Shown here in pieces: positions 10,001-19,052 of a DNA stretch of 64,000 bases (position 1 is its first letter; every line of letters begins with the position of its first letter). The notes under the pieces were generated by a model that searched no databases, had not been told where the DNA came from, and was given only the letters and a program-made list of their open reading frames with translations. Source of the DNA: a virus; IMG/VR virus record IMGVR_UViG_3300042691_018174; one strand, written 5' to 3'. Both the position numbers and the translations under genes were made by a program.

Positions 10001-13000
10001 GACTTATACTTTTTCAGGTACTGCGCAGCCTTCTACATCATCATATACGAACCCTGCAAATACTACAAACGGAGTGGGCACAGGTGCGACATTTAATGTA
10101 ACTAGATTAGGTAACACTTATTCGTTAGTTACTTTAACCAACGCAGGTGACAACACTAGAACAGCTAAAAGTTTTAATGTATTTGGCAGCACAAACATAT
10201 CAATCACTGAATCTAAGTATGGTGGCTCATCATTAAAAATATTTAATCAGTTGGCACCATCTACAGCTGACAGTTATGTGCAAGTAGCAGCCAATTCAGA
10301 TTTTGATTTTGGAACTGCACCATTTACTATAGAGTTTGATATTTTTAAAGTAGGTACTGGCGCCAACCAAACTATTTTAGATATGAGACAAGCAGAACCT
10401 GACACAGGTTTGTTGTTAGGTATTGATGCTACTGAGCATTTATATATTTTCTTAAATGGTTCAATAGTAGCTACATCAACTAATCCTCTTTCTGCTAACA
10501 CATGGCATCATATTGAAATATCTTCTACTACACGAACTGTGTCAGGCACCACAAGAATTTTTGTAGATGGAGTAGTGGAAGCTAGTTTTACTGATACAAC
10601 TAATTACGGTTCAAGTTATTCTACAGTTCCTATGATCATAGGAGCAAACTATACTGGTGCTGGTGACGGCTTCAGAGGATATATTGAAGAATTTAGGGTT
10701 TCTACTAGCACTGCGAGACATACATCAGCTTATACAGCGCCAACATCAGAATTTTTACACGATTCTAATACTGTAATGTTGCTACATTTTAATGGTCAAG
10801 ACGGGTCGACTGTTATAGATGATGATTTTGGCGGATATAAGACAGGTGACTTAGTAACTATACTAGGTTCTAATTTAGGTGGTACTAATACCACAAATGA
10901 TTTAACCATCACAATAACTTCGACTACTATTGGTAAAATTAGTACGTTTAATTGGGCAGGCGCCGCATCAGACGTATCACAATATAATGCAGTTTCAGTA
11001 GCAAATGTATCTGGACAAGGAAGTGGGTTAACATTTAATATAACACAAAACGGAACTGTATACGAAAACATATCTACAGATAATGAAGGATCTAGTTACG
11101 TAGTCACTGATAGAATACGAATTTCTGGAACTGCGTTAGGTGGAGCAACACCTGCAAATGATATAATTATTAGAATTACTTCAGCAAGTTCAACTGGTGT
11201 TGTAGGAACTTTTGAAATATTATCTGGTACTGCGGCAGCAAGTACTGATACCTATAATGCTGTGACCACTGCGTCTGTTGAAAGTCCTGGTTCAGGAGTA
11301 ATATTAACAGTATCAAAAGAAGCGGGTTCATATGCTATAGATTCTTTCGATAATGGTGGTTCTGGATATAAAGTAGGAAACAGACTAAAAATTGTAGGTA
11401 ATTTTCTATCTGGAGCACCAGTATTACATGATGCATTAGTAACAGTTCTCACTGTGGATGGCACTGGCGCAATCACAGATGCGTCTATATCAGGTACTGC
11501 CAGCGGCGGTGAAACTATTGATTTTTATTCAACAATTACTTTATCAGATCCAATAGCATCAACCATTCCCACTAATGCAATTTTAAATTTTAGTGCTATT
11601 GCTAAAATTCAAGTGACTTTTGACAACTTCCATGGTTTAGTTCCAGGCAGTGCATTGATTATTCAAATTACTTCTGGCGGTTTAAATCAAAATCTCGCTG
11701 CAGGAAACTTTTACGTTGAGGAAGTACCAGAACCAAATATAATTAGGTACACTGCACGAGCTCAAGGATCTATTAGTGAAGGTGGTTTAATTGGCAAAGT
11801 ATATTCTAGAACTGATGCGTTCTTCGTTCACAGACCATTCGACGGGGGAGTTCAGTTAGGCACTGGCGGACCACAACATGCTGCTCAAGCCATACGTATG
11901 AGTAAAAATTACATTCGTTATCAATCTGGTAAAGGTTTGATGTATACCACAGGATGTTTATTTGCTCCAAGCTATGATTTGTCCTCAGCTACAGCAGACG
12001 GACTTGATTCTGGAAGTATAATAACTTTCCAAACAGATGATATTGATCATGGTTTACAAATTGGTGCCGAAGTTAGAATTCTCGGAGTAGCTACCAGCGG
12101 ATATAATAATACATACACTGTATCAAATATTATAGATGAAAAAACGTTTCAAGTTGAAGCAGTGTCAAGATTAGGGTCTAAAGTAGCAGAACTTGATGTT
12201 GCTCAAGTTTCTCTATATCAATGGAGCGGTGCTACGGTCAGGGCTGGTTGTTTTGATGAACAAAATGGAATGTTTTGGCAGTATGATGGACAGAAAATCG
12301 CCGTTGGCATTAGATCCGCTACTTTCCAATTAGCAGGAACAGCCACTGCGATTCCGGATTCGAATTTAATAACAGGACTTGGCACTAGATTTAGAGATCA
12401 GTTGAACGCAGGAGATAAAATTGTAATTAAAGGTATGACTCATACAGTAAGTCATGTAATTAATCAAACAACAATGTATATTACTCCTGACTTTAGAGGT
12501 GCGGTAACTGTTGGAAAAATTAAAATTTGTAAAATTGTTGATAGATTATTCTACCAAGAAGAATGGAACAGAGACAGGGCAGATGGCACTGGGCCTAGCG
12601 GCTATAAAATTGATGTTACAAAAATGCAGATGATCGGTATTCAATATACTTGGTACGGTGCAGGTTTCATTGATTGGATGTTGCGTGGCAAAGAAGGTAA
12701 CTTCTTATTTGTTCATAGAGTTAGAAACAATAACGTTAATACTGAAGCATTCATGAGAACTGCTAACTTACCAGTTCGTTATGAGGTCATAAATGACGGA
12801 GCATTAAGTAAATTAACGTCAAATATTACTAACACCAGTACTATTCTTCCAGTAGAAGATACTAGTAACTTCCCATCAAGTGGTGTAGTTTATGTTGATA
12901 ATGAATTGATTAGTTACACTGGAAAATCTTCTAGTACTTTAACAGGATTAACTAGATCGTCGGCACTACAGAACTTTGTTGCAGGCGCAGTTAGAACATA

Positions 13001-13964
13001 TAGTGCAGGTACTTCTGACGATCATGATAGAGGAACAGGGGTGATATTGGTCAGTAATAAAACTAGTCCTAATATCAGTCACTGGGGTAGTGCGTATTTG
13101 ACTGATGGCGGATTTGATTCAGATCGAGGATATTTGTTTAACTATCAAGCTACTTCATTTATTGCTAGTACTGTACGTAAAACAGCGTTCCTAATTCGAT
13201 TAAGTCCAAGCGTGTCTAATGCTGTTGTTGGAGATCTTGGAACAAGAGATTTGATTAATAGAGCGCAGTTGCTATTACAAGGTATTGAAATTACTGCAGG
13301 TACTGGAAGTGCTTCTGGTATCGTTATTGAAGGAATTTTGAATCCTAGCAATTATCCAGAAGATGCTACATTGATTGACTGGAGATCTTTGGCTAACCCA
13401 AGTCTTGGTGGCCAACCATCTTTCGCTCAAGTGGCATTAGGCACAACTGTAACATGGGATAACGCATTTACTGTTAGTTTTGATGCTACAACACAATTAC
13501 AAAATAGAAATAGACCTTCAAGTTTATATTTTATCGCTGCTGAAACAGCCAATGTTAGACTAGGTATGACTGTAGGATCGTCGACGCCAGCTGTTGCTGC
13601 TCTAATTCCAGGTGGTACAACTGTTGTTGGTATCAGCGGAGCATTTAATATCAGCGGTATAAATTATAGAGAAATTTATTTTAACAAGCAATTTACAGGC
13701 AACGTTAATACTGGTGTAGCAATATCTTTTAGCTCTATCGCAAGTTTTGCAAGTCCAGGCGAAACAATTTTCTCATTTGTTGGATTACCTAATAATCAAA
13801 CAGTGTTAGATTTAACTCCACTTAAAGAGATTACTAATACTGCTATTGGTGGTAGAGGTGTGTTCCCTGATGGCCCAGACGTATTAGCGATTAACTGTTA
13901 CTTGACCAGCGGTAGCGATCAAGAAGTTAGTATTGTTTTACGTTGGAGTGAGGCGCAGGCTTAA
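7086..13964 (+). CDS. giant virion structural protein (KCERD modules, six beta repeats, LamG-like domain)
   Basis: 2292 aa; DADFEYGLQPTKW and YQSGKG motifs of T4-like structural proteins; LamG motifs FTIEF, WHHI, GYIEEFRVS. Confidence 0.75.
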   Translation: MAKKRIKEYIFVPGRSALDNLFPNAYSLITSNKEFIKDEAREYIAYRVVQDTAVNYFPVAVTLLQSNRNFILAEMSAWIRFQISNNISPFGGYEYNDTQKSKCERDVGYLLDAYAYDLRYGGNEKTIEVNREFYINGVAQLYHIPQEVATHEFLTDLISNYVLKSILYPTKQSPIVQTQVLGVSGETSAISKAATLSNIARDVIANGLTSLPAVQFNLAFANYTYNAAKCERDVGYVLSAYLWDLRYGGNRDTRKVSEKYWVGDTPQVDGSRQPEIETHNFIKELINSYILTNTQFPYRQSPVATTQIIDPSKTLEAGSTTKIIELYGILSGVIQNGLSALPALISGVGIAYIQGKWTLDQILLITNVSKNIIIYNFADPGAGSILAYADPTTPDVDTQIDYGYTGIVLNFDTSNMDVGDDLQIFVEDYQELKVRPYDFGTDAIERQRVANAQSMLDADFEYGLQPTKWQALALARSYPGTYEVPGTELAVTAVTTDASAPTGFIGQSLITVTTEGAHGLSPGIAFTIKSLDSTVTGFSRAEGTFLCNTTPTSNTFTYYSKAKVGSTSGQNLVLSTTTFKRAKFFTGAAIGSPTFSIFSQGSSGEFSPALASPTGTFYIPYTGSIPVVNAPVIGSGYITPGTVITAVNGTGSPSSVQYTNLVGTNIGGIGVGATFNINRTSGVYIVTIATGGTGYAIGDQIIFFGETLDGVTPGNDCLVQVATVDSGTGEILTITSSGTGIASGVTTSNQVQITAQTGTTVIEMSSTSGIIPGLAFNRGDGTPTVVTTVEGNTININRPLTANIVGSTATFQNVSPVDIVGSGTNATFNVTRTGTVYSATVANQGTNYQAGDSLIILGSSLGGSNGLHDLVITVSTVNVGGTIATFTTTGTGLDTNSFTNVATSNITGQGSGATFNVTRSNDAYSVVNINSTGLDYVDGDIIKINGLAVGGAALTNDITLTVTSVSVLGAILTYTFSGTAQPSTSSYTNPANTTNGVGTGATFNVTRLGNTYSLVTLTNAGDNTRTAKSFNVFGSTNISITESKYGGSSLKIFNQLAPSTADSYVQVAANSDFDFGTAPFTIEFDIFKVGTGANQTILDMRQAEPDTGLLLGIDATEHLYIFLNGSIVATSTNPLSANTWHHIEISSTTRTVSGTTRIFVDGVVEASFTDTTNYGSSYSTVPMIIGANYTGAGDGFRGYIEEFRVSTSTARHTSAYTAPTSEFLHDSNTVMLLHFNGQDGSTVIDDDFGGYKTGDLVTILGSNLGGTNTTNDLTITITSTTIGKISTFNWAGAASDVSQYNAVSVANVSGQGSGLTFNITQNGTVYENISTDNEGSSYVVTDRIRISGTALGGATPANDIIIRITSASSTGVVGTFEILSGTAAASTDTYNAVTTASVESPGSGVILTVSKEAGSYAIDSFDNGGSGYKVGNRLKIVGNFLSGAPVLHDALVTVLTVDGTGAITDASISGTASGGETIDFYSTITLSDPIASTIPTNAILNFSAIAKIQVTFDNFHGLVPGSALIIQITSGGLNQNLAAGNFYVEEVPEPNIIRYTARAQGSISEGGLIGKVYSRTDAFFVHRPFDGGVQLGTGGPQHAAQAIRMSKNYIRYQSGKGLMYTTGCLFAPSYDLSSATADGLDSGSIITFQTDDIDHGLQIGAEVRILGVATSGYNNTYTVSNIIDEKTFQVEAVSRLGSKVAELDVAQVSLYQWSGATVRAGCFDEQNGMFWQYDGQKIAVGIRSATFQLAGTATAIPDSNLITGLGTRFRDQLNAGDKIVIKGMTHTVSHVINQTTMYITPDFRGAVTVGKIKICKIVDRLFYQEEWNRDRADGTGPSGYKIDVTKMQMIGIQYTWYGAGFIDWMLRGKEGNFLFVHRVRNNNVNTEAFMRTANLPVRYEVINDGALSKLTSNITNTSTILPVEDTSNFPSSGVVYVDNELISYTGKSSSTLTGLTRSSALQNFVAGAVRTYSAGTSDDHDRGTGVILVSNKTSPNISHWGSAYLTDGGFDSDRGYLFNYQATSFIASTVRKTAFLIRLSPSVSNAVVGDLGTRDLINRAQLLLQGIEITAGTGSASGIVIEGILNPSNYPEDATLIDWRSLANPSLGGQPSFAQVALGTTVTWDNAFTVSFDATTQLQNRNRPSSLYFIAAETANVRLGMTVGSSTPAVAALIPGGTTVVGISGAFNISGINYREIYFNKQFTGNVNTGVAISFSSIASFASPGETIFSFVGLPNNQTVLDLTPLKEITNTAIGGRGVFPDGPDVLAINCYLTSGSDQEVSIVLRWSEAQA

Positions 13965-14398
13965 AATAGTTCTATTATTTCAAATATAGTTTCTAATTTA
14001 GTTTTGATAATTTTATTAGAAAAACTATTTTTAAGACCTTGATGCAAAGGTTTGGGTGAAGCAGTTAATGCTGCCCAGGCCCACCCAGAATGCTCAGAAT
14101 TTAATTTTGGAATAAACTCGTCTTCAACTATCATCAAATATGTGTGATAAAAAAATCTATCATCCTTACTGACAAATAGTTCTAATGGTATAGTTTTTTT
14201 GATTTCAGGAAGAAAGCCAATCTCTTCCACTATTTCTCTTTTTAATGCATCAAATGCACTGGCATCAAAATCTTCTTTTTTTCCGCCAACAATTCCCCAT
14301 GTTCCAGCAGTTTTTCCGTTAGATCTCATTAAAAAAAGGAATCTTTTAGTAGATTTAGCGTAAAAAAGTGCGCCACTGCACACTATGTCTGTTGTCAT
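13961..14398 (-). CDS. NUDIX hydrolase
   Basis: Nudix box GGKKE...ALKREIVEEIG; ATGA overlap with upstream stop. Confidence 0.9.
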   Translation of the reverse strand: MTTDIVCSGALFYAKSTKRFLFLMRSNGKTAGTWGIVGGKKEDFDASAFDALKREIVEEIGFLPEIKKTIPLELFVSKDDRFFYHTYLMIVEDEFIPKLNSEHSGWAWAALTASPKPLHQGLKNSFSNKIIKTKLETIFEIIELF

Positions 14399-15807
14399 AA
14401 AATCAATTGCCATTTACCTGGTACAAATGTACCTTCCATGCTCTTAGTCCAACTAGCGCCATCCCATTTGTATTGAACACCAGTATAAGCATTAGTTATG
14501 TATGTCACTGTGTTAGTTGCTCTACTATTGAAAATAACTTTCCACTCAGTACCATCCCACATTATAATATCATTAGCATTTGCTACTAAATCTCCCCACT
14601 GTTCTACACCTTGTAAACTAGCATTAGTAGGACCATAGTTTCTGTCATCAGTACTAATATCTGACAGTATTAAAAATCTAAGGTCAATAATTCTATTCAT
14701 AGTGTAAGGCTTACTAGGATCAATAATAGCATCAATTGTTCCTCTAGCAGCAATTCCAGTTACTGTAGAATTGATTAATGTGTTGGTAGGCAAACTTTGT
14801 GCATCAAATGTTAAATTTAATAAAGTTTCGTCATTTGAATTTAAACTTATGGTAGCAATGGCAGTTCTATTATCTGCCTTAATTATTTGCAATTTACTTA
14901 GATTAGGAGTAAATCTACCAGGATACTTTTCTAAAACTTCTCTCCAACTAATGTCTGCACTTATTTTAGTAGTTTTAGAATCAAAATTATTTTGTGACGA
15001 ATATACGTTGTTTAAAAGTTTTGCAACATATTGCGGAGTTCCGGCAGTAGCATTGTTGGTCACTAGGATAGCATATCCATCCATAGTAATAACCTGTTGA
15101 CTTATTAAGGATCCATTCAATATGTCATCACTTAAATTACCTTCTTCGTCAAATATCCTAGCAATAATACTAGTAATTACTCCCATACGTTTTACTTTAG
15201 CAGGAGGACTTAGCCATATCGGAGCCATAAATGTTAAACTAGCAATTTCTAAATCTTGATCCCCAGTGGGCACAGTTTGATTAGTATATGATATATCCAT
15301 TAATTCTAAAGTAGTCAAACTAGTCCAATCTAAATAACTTGATGATGTCTGTATTTCTAATGCAGGGTTAAACAATACTACAAGTTGTTCCAAAATCTGT
15401 AACTTTTGATCTATATTACTAGTCCAAATATCTGCTATCATACTTAATTGAAAAGGATTAGGCATGATCCGTTCAACAGTAACATCAGACCCTTTTGAAT
15501 TTATGTATTCCCCCGATACAGAATCGTATTCTCTTTCTCTTACCTGTACCTTACTTACAAAAGTTGGATCTTGCATACGATTTCTACTAAGTTCTAAATT
15601 GTTAATGTATACACTGATAAAGGGTGCTTGCATAACAAAATTTTCACTGTTTTGTCGTAGAACATTAGCTGCTTGTTTATTTGCAGTACCGAATCTAACA
15701 GGAACTTCTTTTAAATTCCCCTGTCCGTCTTTGTAAGAAAATCCACTCAATGCTCTTATGAACTGAGTTAGATATTTCCTAAGTTGCCCATCATAAAAAT
15801 AGTCCAT
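14395..15807 (-). CDS. gp15: tail sheath terminator/stabilizer, T4 gp15-like
   Basis: YFYDGQ, VPVRFG, QILEQL..LFNP motifs; next to neck genes. Confidence 0.75.
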   Translation of the reverse strand: MDYFYDGQLRKYLTQFIRALSGFSYKDGQGNLKEVPVRFGTANKQAANVLRQNSENFVMQAPFISVYINNLELSRNRMQDPTFVSKVQVREREYDSVSGEYINSKGSDVTVERIMPNPFQLSMIADIWTSNIDQKLQILEQLVVLFNPALEIQTSSSYLDWTSLTTLELMDISYTNQTVPTGDQDLEIASLTFMAPIWLSPPAKVKRMGVITSIIARIFDEEGNLSDDILNGSLISQQVITMDGYAILVTNNATAGTPQYVAKLLNNVYSSQNNFDSKTTKISADISWREVLEKYPGRFTPNLSKLQIIKADNRTAIATISLNSNDETLLNLTFDAQSLPTNTLINSTVTGIAARGTIDAIIDPSKPYTMNRIIDLRFLILSDISTDDRNYGPTNASLQGVEQWGDLVANANDIIMWDGTEWKVIFNSRATNTVTYITNAYTGVQYKWDGASWTKSMEGTFVPGKWQLIL

Positions 15808-15809
15808 AA

Positions 15810-17120
15810 TCAATTATCCGGTATTGGTTTTAAGTTTTTAGTAATTTCTAGAGGTTTGCTTAATGGTTGCTTTTCATCAATCTCTTTGTTACCAAGCCTA
15901 GTTTTGTTCGTATTATTAATAAAACTAGTTTTCAAGGTCTGTCGCTGACTATTGTTACTCATAGTCATTCTAATGTTTTCTTCAAACACTCTCCATTTTG
16001 AACCATCGTATCTAAAAAGTCTGCTCGGAGAAAAATCTGTCCTTAGATAAAAATTACCATCTACGGCTGCATCTGGAAATTGCGCACCCATACCAGTAAC
16101 TTGATATCCGTTAGGTGGTATACTATCGCCTATCAAATATCCTAAGTAATAATTTTGTGTCGGAGACTTTAGAGTAATACTGGTATCAATAACTGGTACT
16201 CCATATAATGCTAATCTTTCCTCAGTAGGATTACTAATAGGCAACCCTTCTCTGTCAGTATATGTCCATGAGCCATCTGCATTTTTAAAGCCGACATAGA
16301 ATTGACTGGCATCTAAAATATTCCCACTAGCATCTTGTAACATAATGTGGCCATTAGGATCTACAGGCACCATCCAAAGATTATTAATATCATATCCGCT
16401 CAGTGGTGCATCTTGCTCAGCTTGTAATATAACTGCATCATTAATTTCTTTATTTCTATTGAAACTGCTCATTAAATCTCTTAACGAATCACCACTGTCT
16501 TCTTGAGCGTATGGACTCATTGGATCTTCTGCAGATTTGTCTAATATTTGTTTAAATTCTTGACTGTCTACTAAAGGTTTACATTTTAGTTTAATTAGAT
16601 GAGGATACCAAGTTTGACTGAACCCTTCAGTTGGTCTTAGTACTTCGTCGACTACATAAAATCTTCTTAACGCTACCCCAAAATCATTTAGAGCATATGG
16701 ATCTTTCAAATGCGGTAGCTCTAATACATCTCCTGGCATCAATTTTCTACCTATTCTTTTTACACTGTCATTTAGATGAATGTGTATAAAAATAGTGTCG
16801 TTGGCTAAAAATAACCCAAACTGAGTTAAACTCCAATCGAGCTGTTGCATGTTGTAGATACAGCGCATAACATAAATGTCTTGGCTGTATTTTCGATCCC
16901 TGTTTTCTAATAACAATAGATCCTGTATTCCCAGTTCGGGAATATTTCCAGTTAAAACTGGTTGTGCAGGGCTGGCCTCGTCGGGATCTTGATCCGCGGG
17001 TCCTAAGTATTTGTGAACGTATACATCAGTTCCACCGACTAGAAACTGCTCTAGTACTAGGTTGTCTATGAATGTATAATCGTTGGCTTTTTCTGGTCGA
17101 TATAAGCTGAGTCTAGGCAT
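15810..17120 (-). CDS. gp14: neck/head-closure protein, T4 gp14-like
   Basis: GTDVYVHKY, LTQFGL, PGDVLELP motifs; context. Confidence 0.65.
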   Translation of the reverse strand: MPRLSLYRPEKANDYTFIDNLVLEQFLVGGTDVYVHKYLGPADQDPDEASPAQPVLTGNIPELGIQDLLLLENRDRKYSQDIYVMRCIYNMQQLDWSLTQFGLFLANDTIFIHIHLNDSVKRIGRKLMPGDVLELPHLKDPYALNDFGVALRRFYVVDEVLRPTEGFSQTWYPHLIKLKCKPLVDSQEFKQILDKSAEDPMSPYAQEDSGDSLRDLMSSFNRNKEINDAVILQAEQDAPLSGYDINNLWMVPVDPNGHIMLQDASGNILDASQFYVGFKNADGSWTYTDREGLPISNPTEERLALYGVPVIDTSITLKSPTQNYYLGYLIGDSIPPNGYQVTGMGAQFPDAAVDGNFYLRTDFSPSRLFRYDGSKWRVFEENIRMTMSNNSQRQTLKTSFINNTNKTRLGNKEIDEKQPLSKPLEITKNLKPIPDN

Positions 17121-17127
17121 AGTACAG

Positions 17128-17133
17128 TATTTA
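17128..17133 (-). promoter_or_regulatory. T4-like late promoter core TAAATA, 7 nt before ATG
   Basis: ATAAATA-CTGTACT-ATG. Confidence 0.65.
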
Positions 17134-17149
17134 TTGAATCCGATAAAGG

Positions 17150-17155
17150 TAAATA
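17150..17155 (+). promoter_or_regulatory. T4-like late promoter core TAAATA, 5 nt before ATG
   Basis: TAAATA-TTAGT-ATG. Confidence 0.7.
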
Positions 17156-17160
17156 TTAGT

Positions 17161-17934
17161 ATGACAACTACACTTGATCCTTTAAAAGAGAAAAAAGAAG
17201 AAGTATTTGACTACGTCAAAGCCTTTTTGGGCGACGGGATGGTCGATGTTGAATTAGATCCTAAACACTACGAAATTGCGCTGGGCAAAGCTCTTTCTAT
17301 CTACAGGCAGCGAAGTCCAAATAGCGTTGAAGATAGCTATGCTTTTTTAGATCTAATCCAAGATCAAAATGAGTATATTCTCCCAAAAGAAATAATAGAA
17401 GTAAAAGAAATATTCCGTAGAAGTATTGGATCTAGGACTGGTGGGGGCGATGGCGGCACATTGTTTGAACCGTTTAACCTAGCATATACAAACACATATC
17501 TATTATCTAGCTCAAATATGGGCGGTCTCGCCACATATTATCTCTTTGGCGGATATCAGAAATTAGTAGGTAAAATGTTCGGAAGTTTTATCAACTTCAG
17601 TTATCATCCAACCTCAAATAAGTTGATATTACAACAGAGACCACAAAGTAATGAAAGAGTGTTATTACAGATTTATAATAAGAGACCAGATTTTGCGTTT
17701 TTAGAAGACACATACGCATCAATATGGATTAAAGATTATACCCTAGCACAATGTAAAGTGATGTTAGGTGAAGCTAGAGAAAAATTTGCGCAAATCGCAA
17801 GCCCACAAGGCGGAACTCAATTAAATGGAACTGCATTAAAAACAGAAGGAATTGCTGCTTCAAAAGAATTAGAAGAGCAACTGAAAAAAGGCGATGCAGC
17901 CGCAATGGGCGGTTATACTTGGATTATTGGATAA
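17161..17934 (+). CDS. gp13: neck protein, T4 gp13-like
   Basis: LG.GMVDVEL, WIKDYTLA..K, KF..I..P.GG..LNG motifs. Confidence 0.8.
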   Translation: MTTTLDPLKEKKEEVFDYVKAFLGDGMVDVELDPKHYEIALGKALSIYRQRSPNSVEDSYAFLDLIQDQNEYILPKEIIEVKEIFRRSIGSRTGGGDGGTLFEPFNLAYTNTYLLSSSNMGGLATYYLFGGYQKLVGKMFGSFINFSYHPTSNKLILQQRPQSNERVLLQIYNKRPDFAFLEDTYASIWIKDYTLAQCKVMLGEAREKFAQIASPQGGTQLNGTALKTEGIAASKELEEQLKKGDAAAMGGYTWIIG

Positions 17935-17942
17935 TCACTTTC

Positions 17943-17972
17943 TTGACTTGAACAACTGAATTTGTATAAAAT
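17943..17972 (+). promoter_or_regulatory. possible sigma70 promoter for dNMP kinase
   Basis: TTGACT followed by TATAAA (16 bp) or TAAAAT (18 bp); GGAG RBS downstream. Confidence 0.45.
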
Positions 17973-17993
17973 ATAGTATCCTTTGGAGATTAT

Positions 17994-18653
17994 ATGATTA
18001 TTGGATTCGTCGGATTTATTAGTTCAGGGAAAGACACAGCCGCAGACTATTTGGTCAACTTTCACGGTTTTCGTAGAGACAGTTTTGCTAACACACTCAA
18101 AGATGCAGTAGCAGCCGTGTTTGGTTGGGATCGAACTCTTTTAGAAGGACGTACTAAAGAAGCTCGGGAGTGGAGAGAACAAGTAGACCCGTGGTGGTCA
18201 GAGCGTTTAGGCATGCCCAATCTTACACCTAGATGGATATTACAATATTGGGGTACAGAAGTTTGCCGACAAGGATTCCATGATGATATCTGGATAGCCA
18301 GCTTAGAAAACAAACTAAGAAAAACCAAAGATAATATTGTTATTTCTGATGTTAGATTTCCAAATGAGATCAAAGCTATACATAGTTCAGGCGGCAAAGT
18401 AATTAGAATTCGACGTGGTCCTGAACCTGATTGGTATCAATATGCTCTAGCCTTTAATGAAGGTCCAAAAAATATGCAATGGGCATTATCTAAAATGAAG
18501 CTGGATCATCTAAAAATTCATGCCAGTGAAACTTCTTGGGTAGGACGAGAAATTGATGTCACTATAGACAATGATGGAACTATAGATGAACTCTATCAAG
18601 CAATTAAAAATCAGGTGTCAGATCACCCTGCCGCCAACCAAGTCCTTGCTTAA
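17994..18653 (+). CDS. gp1: deoxynucleoside monophosphate kinase (T4 gp1-like)
   Basis: IIGFVGFISSGKDT P-loop, SFA..LK, LQYWGTE, SDVRFPNE, H.SE. Confidence 0.92.
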   Translation: MIIGFVGFISSGKDTAADYLVNFHGFRRDSFANTLKDAVAAVFGWDRTLLEGRTKEAREWREQVDPWWSERLGMPNLTPRWILQYWGTEVCRQGFHDDIWIASLENKLRKTKDNIVISDVRFPNEIKAIHSSGGKVIRIRRGPEPDWYQYALAFNEGPKNMQWALSKMKLDHLKIHASETSWVGREIDVTIDNDGTIDELYQAIKNQVSDHPAANQVLA

Positions 18654-18942
18654 TCAACATTCTTTGGCAGTTTGCACATACTGTTTTTAAATTATCACGC
18701 AGACAGTTGTTCAAATTGCCATCCACATGATATACATCAAATACTATCTGTTCGTTACTGCTGAATCCACATTTATCACATTTTGATTTTTTCTTATAAC
18801 CAGCAGCCAACCATCTAGGTAATTTTACGGTGGTTCCTCTAGCGCAACCGTCGCACACACTTCGATAAAACACTCTATCATCTTTATAATAGTTGATAGC
18901 AGAGAAGTTTTTCTTACATTTTTTACATAAAGGGCGTTTCAT
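18604..18942 (-). CDS. HNH-like zinc-binding protein
   Basis: CxxC pairs, HVDGNLNN..NL..VCANC; last His replaced by Gln. Confidence 0.7.
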   Translation of the reverse strand: MKRPLCKKCKKNFSAINYYKDDRVFYRSVCDGCARGTTVKLPRWLAAGYKKKSKCDKCGFSSNEQIVFDVYHVDGNLNNCLRDNLKTVCANCQRMLIKQGLGWRQGDLTPDF

Positions 18943-19009
18943 AAAAATACTTAGCCCTTTTCGGTGCCCTTTTCAACGGTTATAAACCGCGAAATATTGA
19001 AAATATCAC

Positions 19010-19015
19010 TAAATA
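19010..19015 (+). promoter_or_regulatory. late promoter core TAAATA for sheath/tube operon
   Basis: TAAATA followed by leader with AAGGAG. Confidence 0.6.
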
Positions 19016-19052
19016 TTATATAACAACAAGTATCCCCAAGGAGAAAACAAAT

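Noticed and set aside
168-13964. Diversity-generating retroelement acting on tail genes
   Set aside because: No reverse transcriptase or adenine-variable TR/VR pair seen
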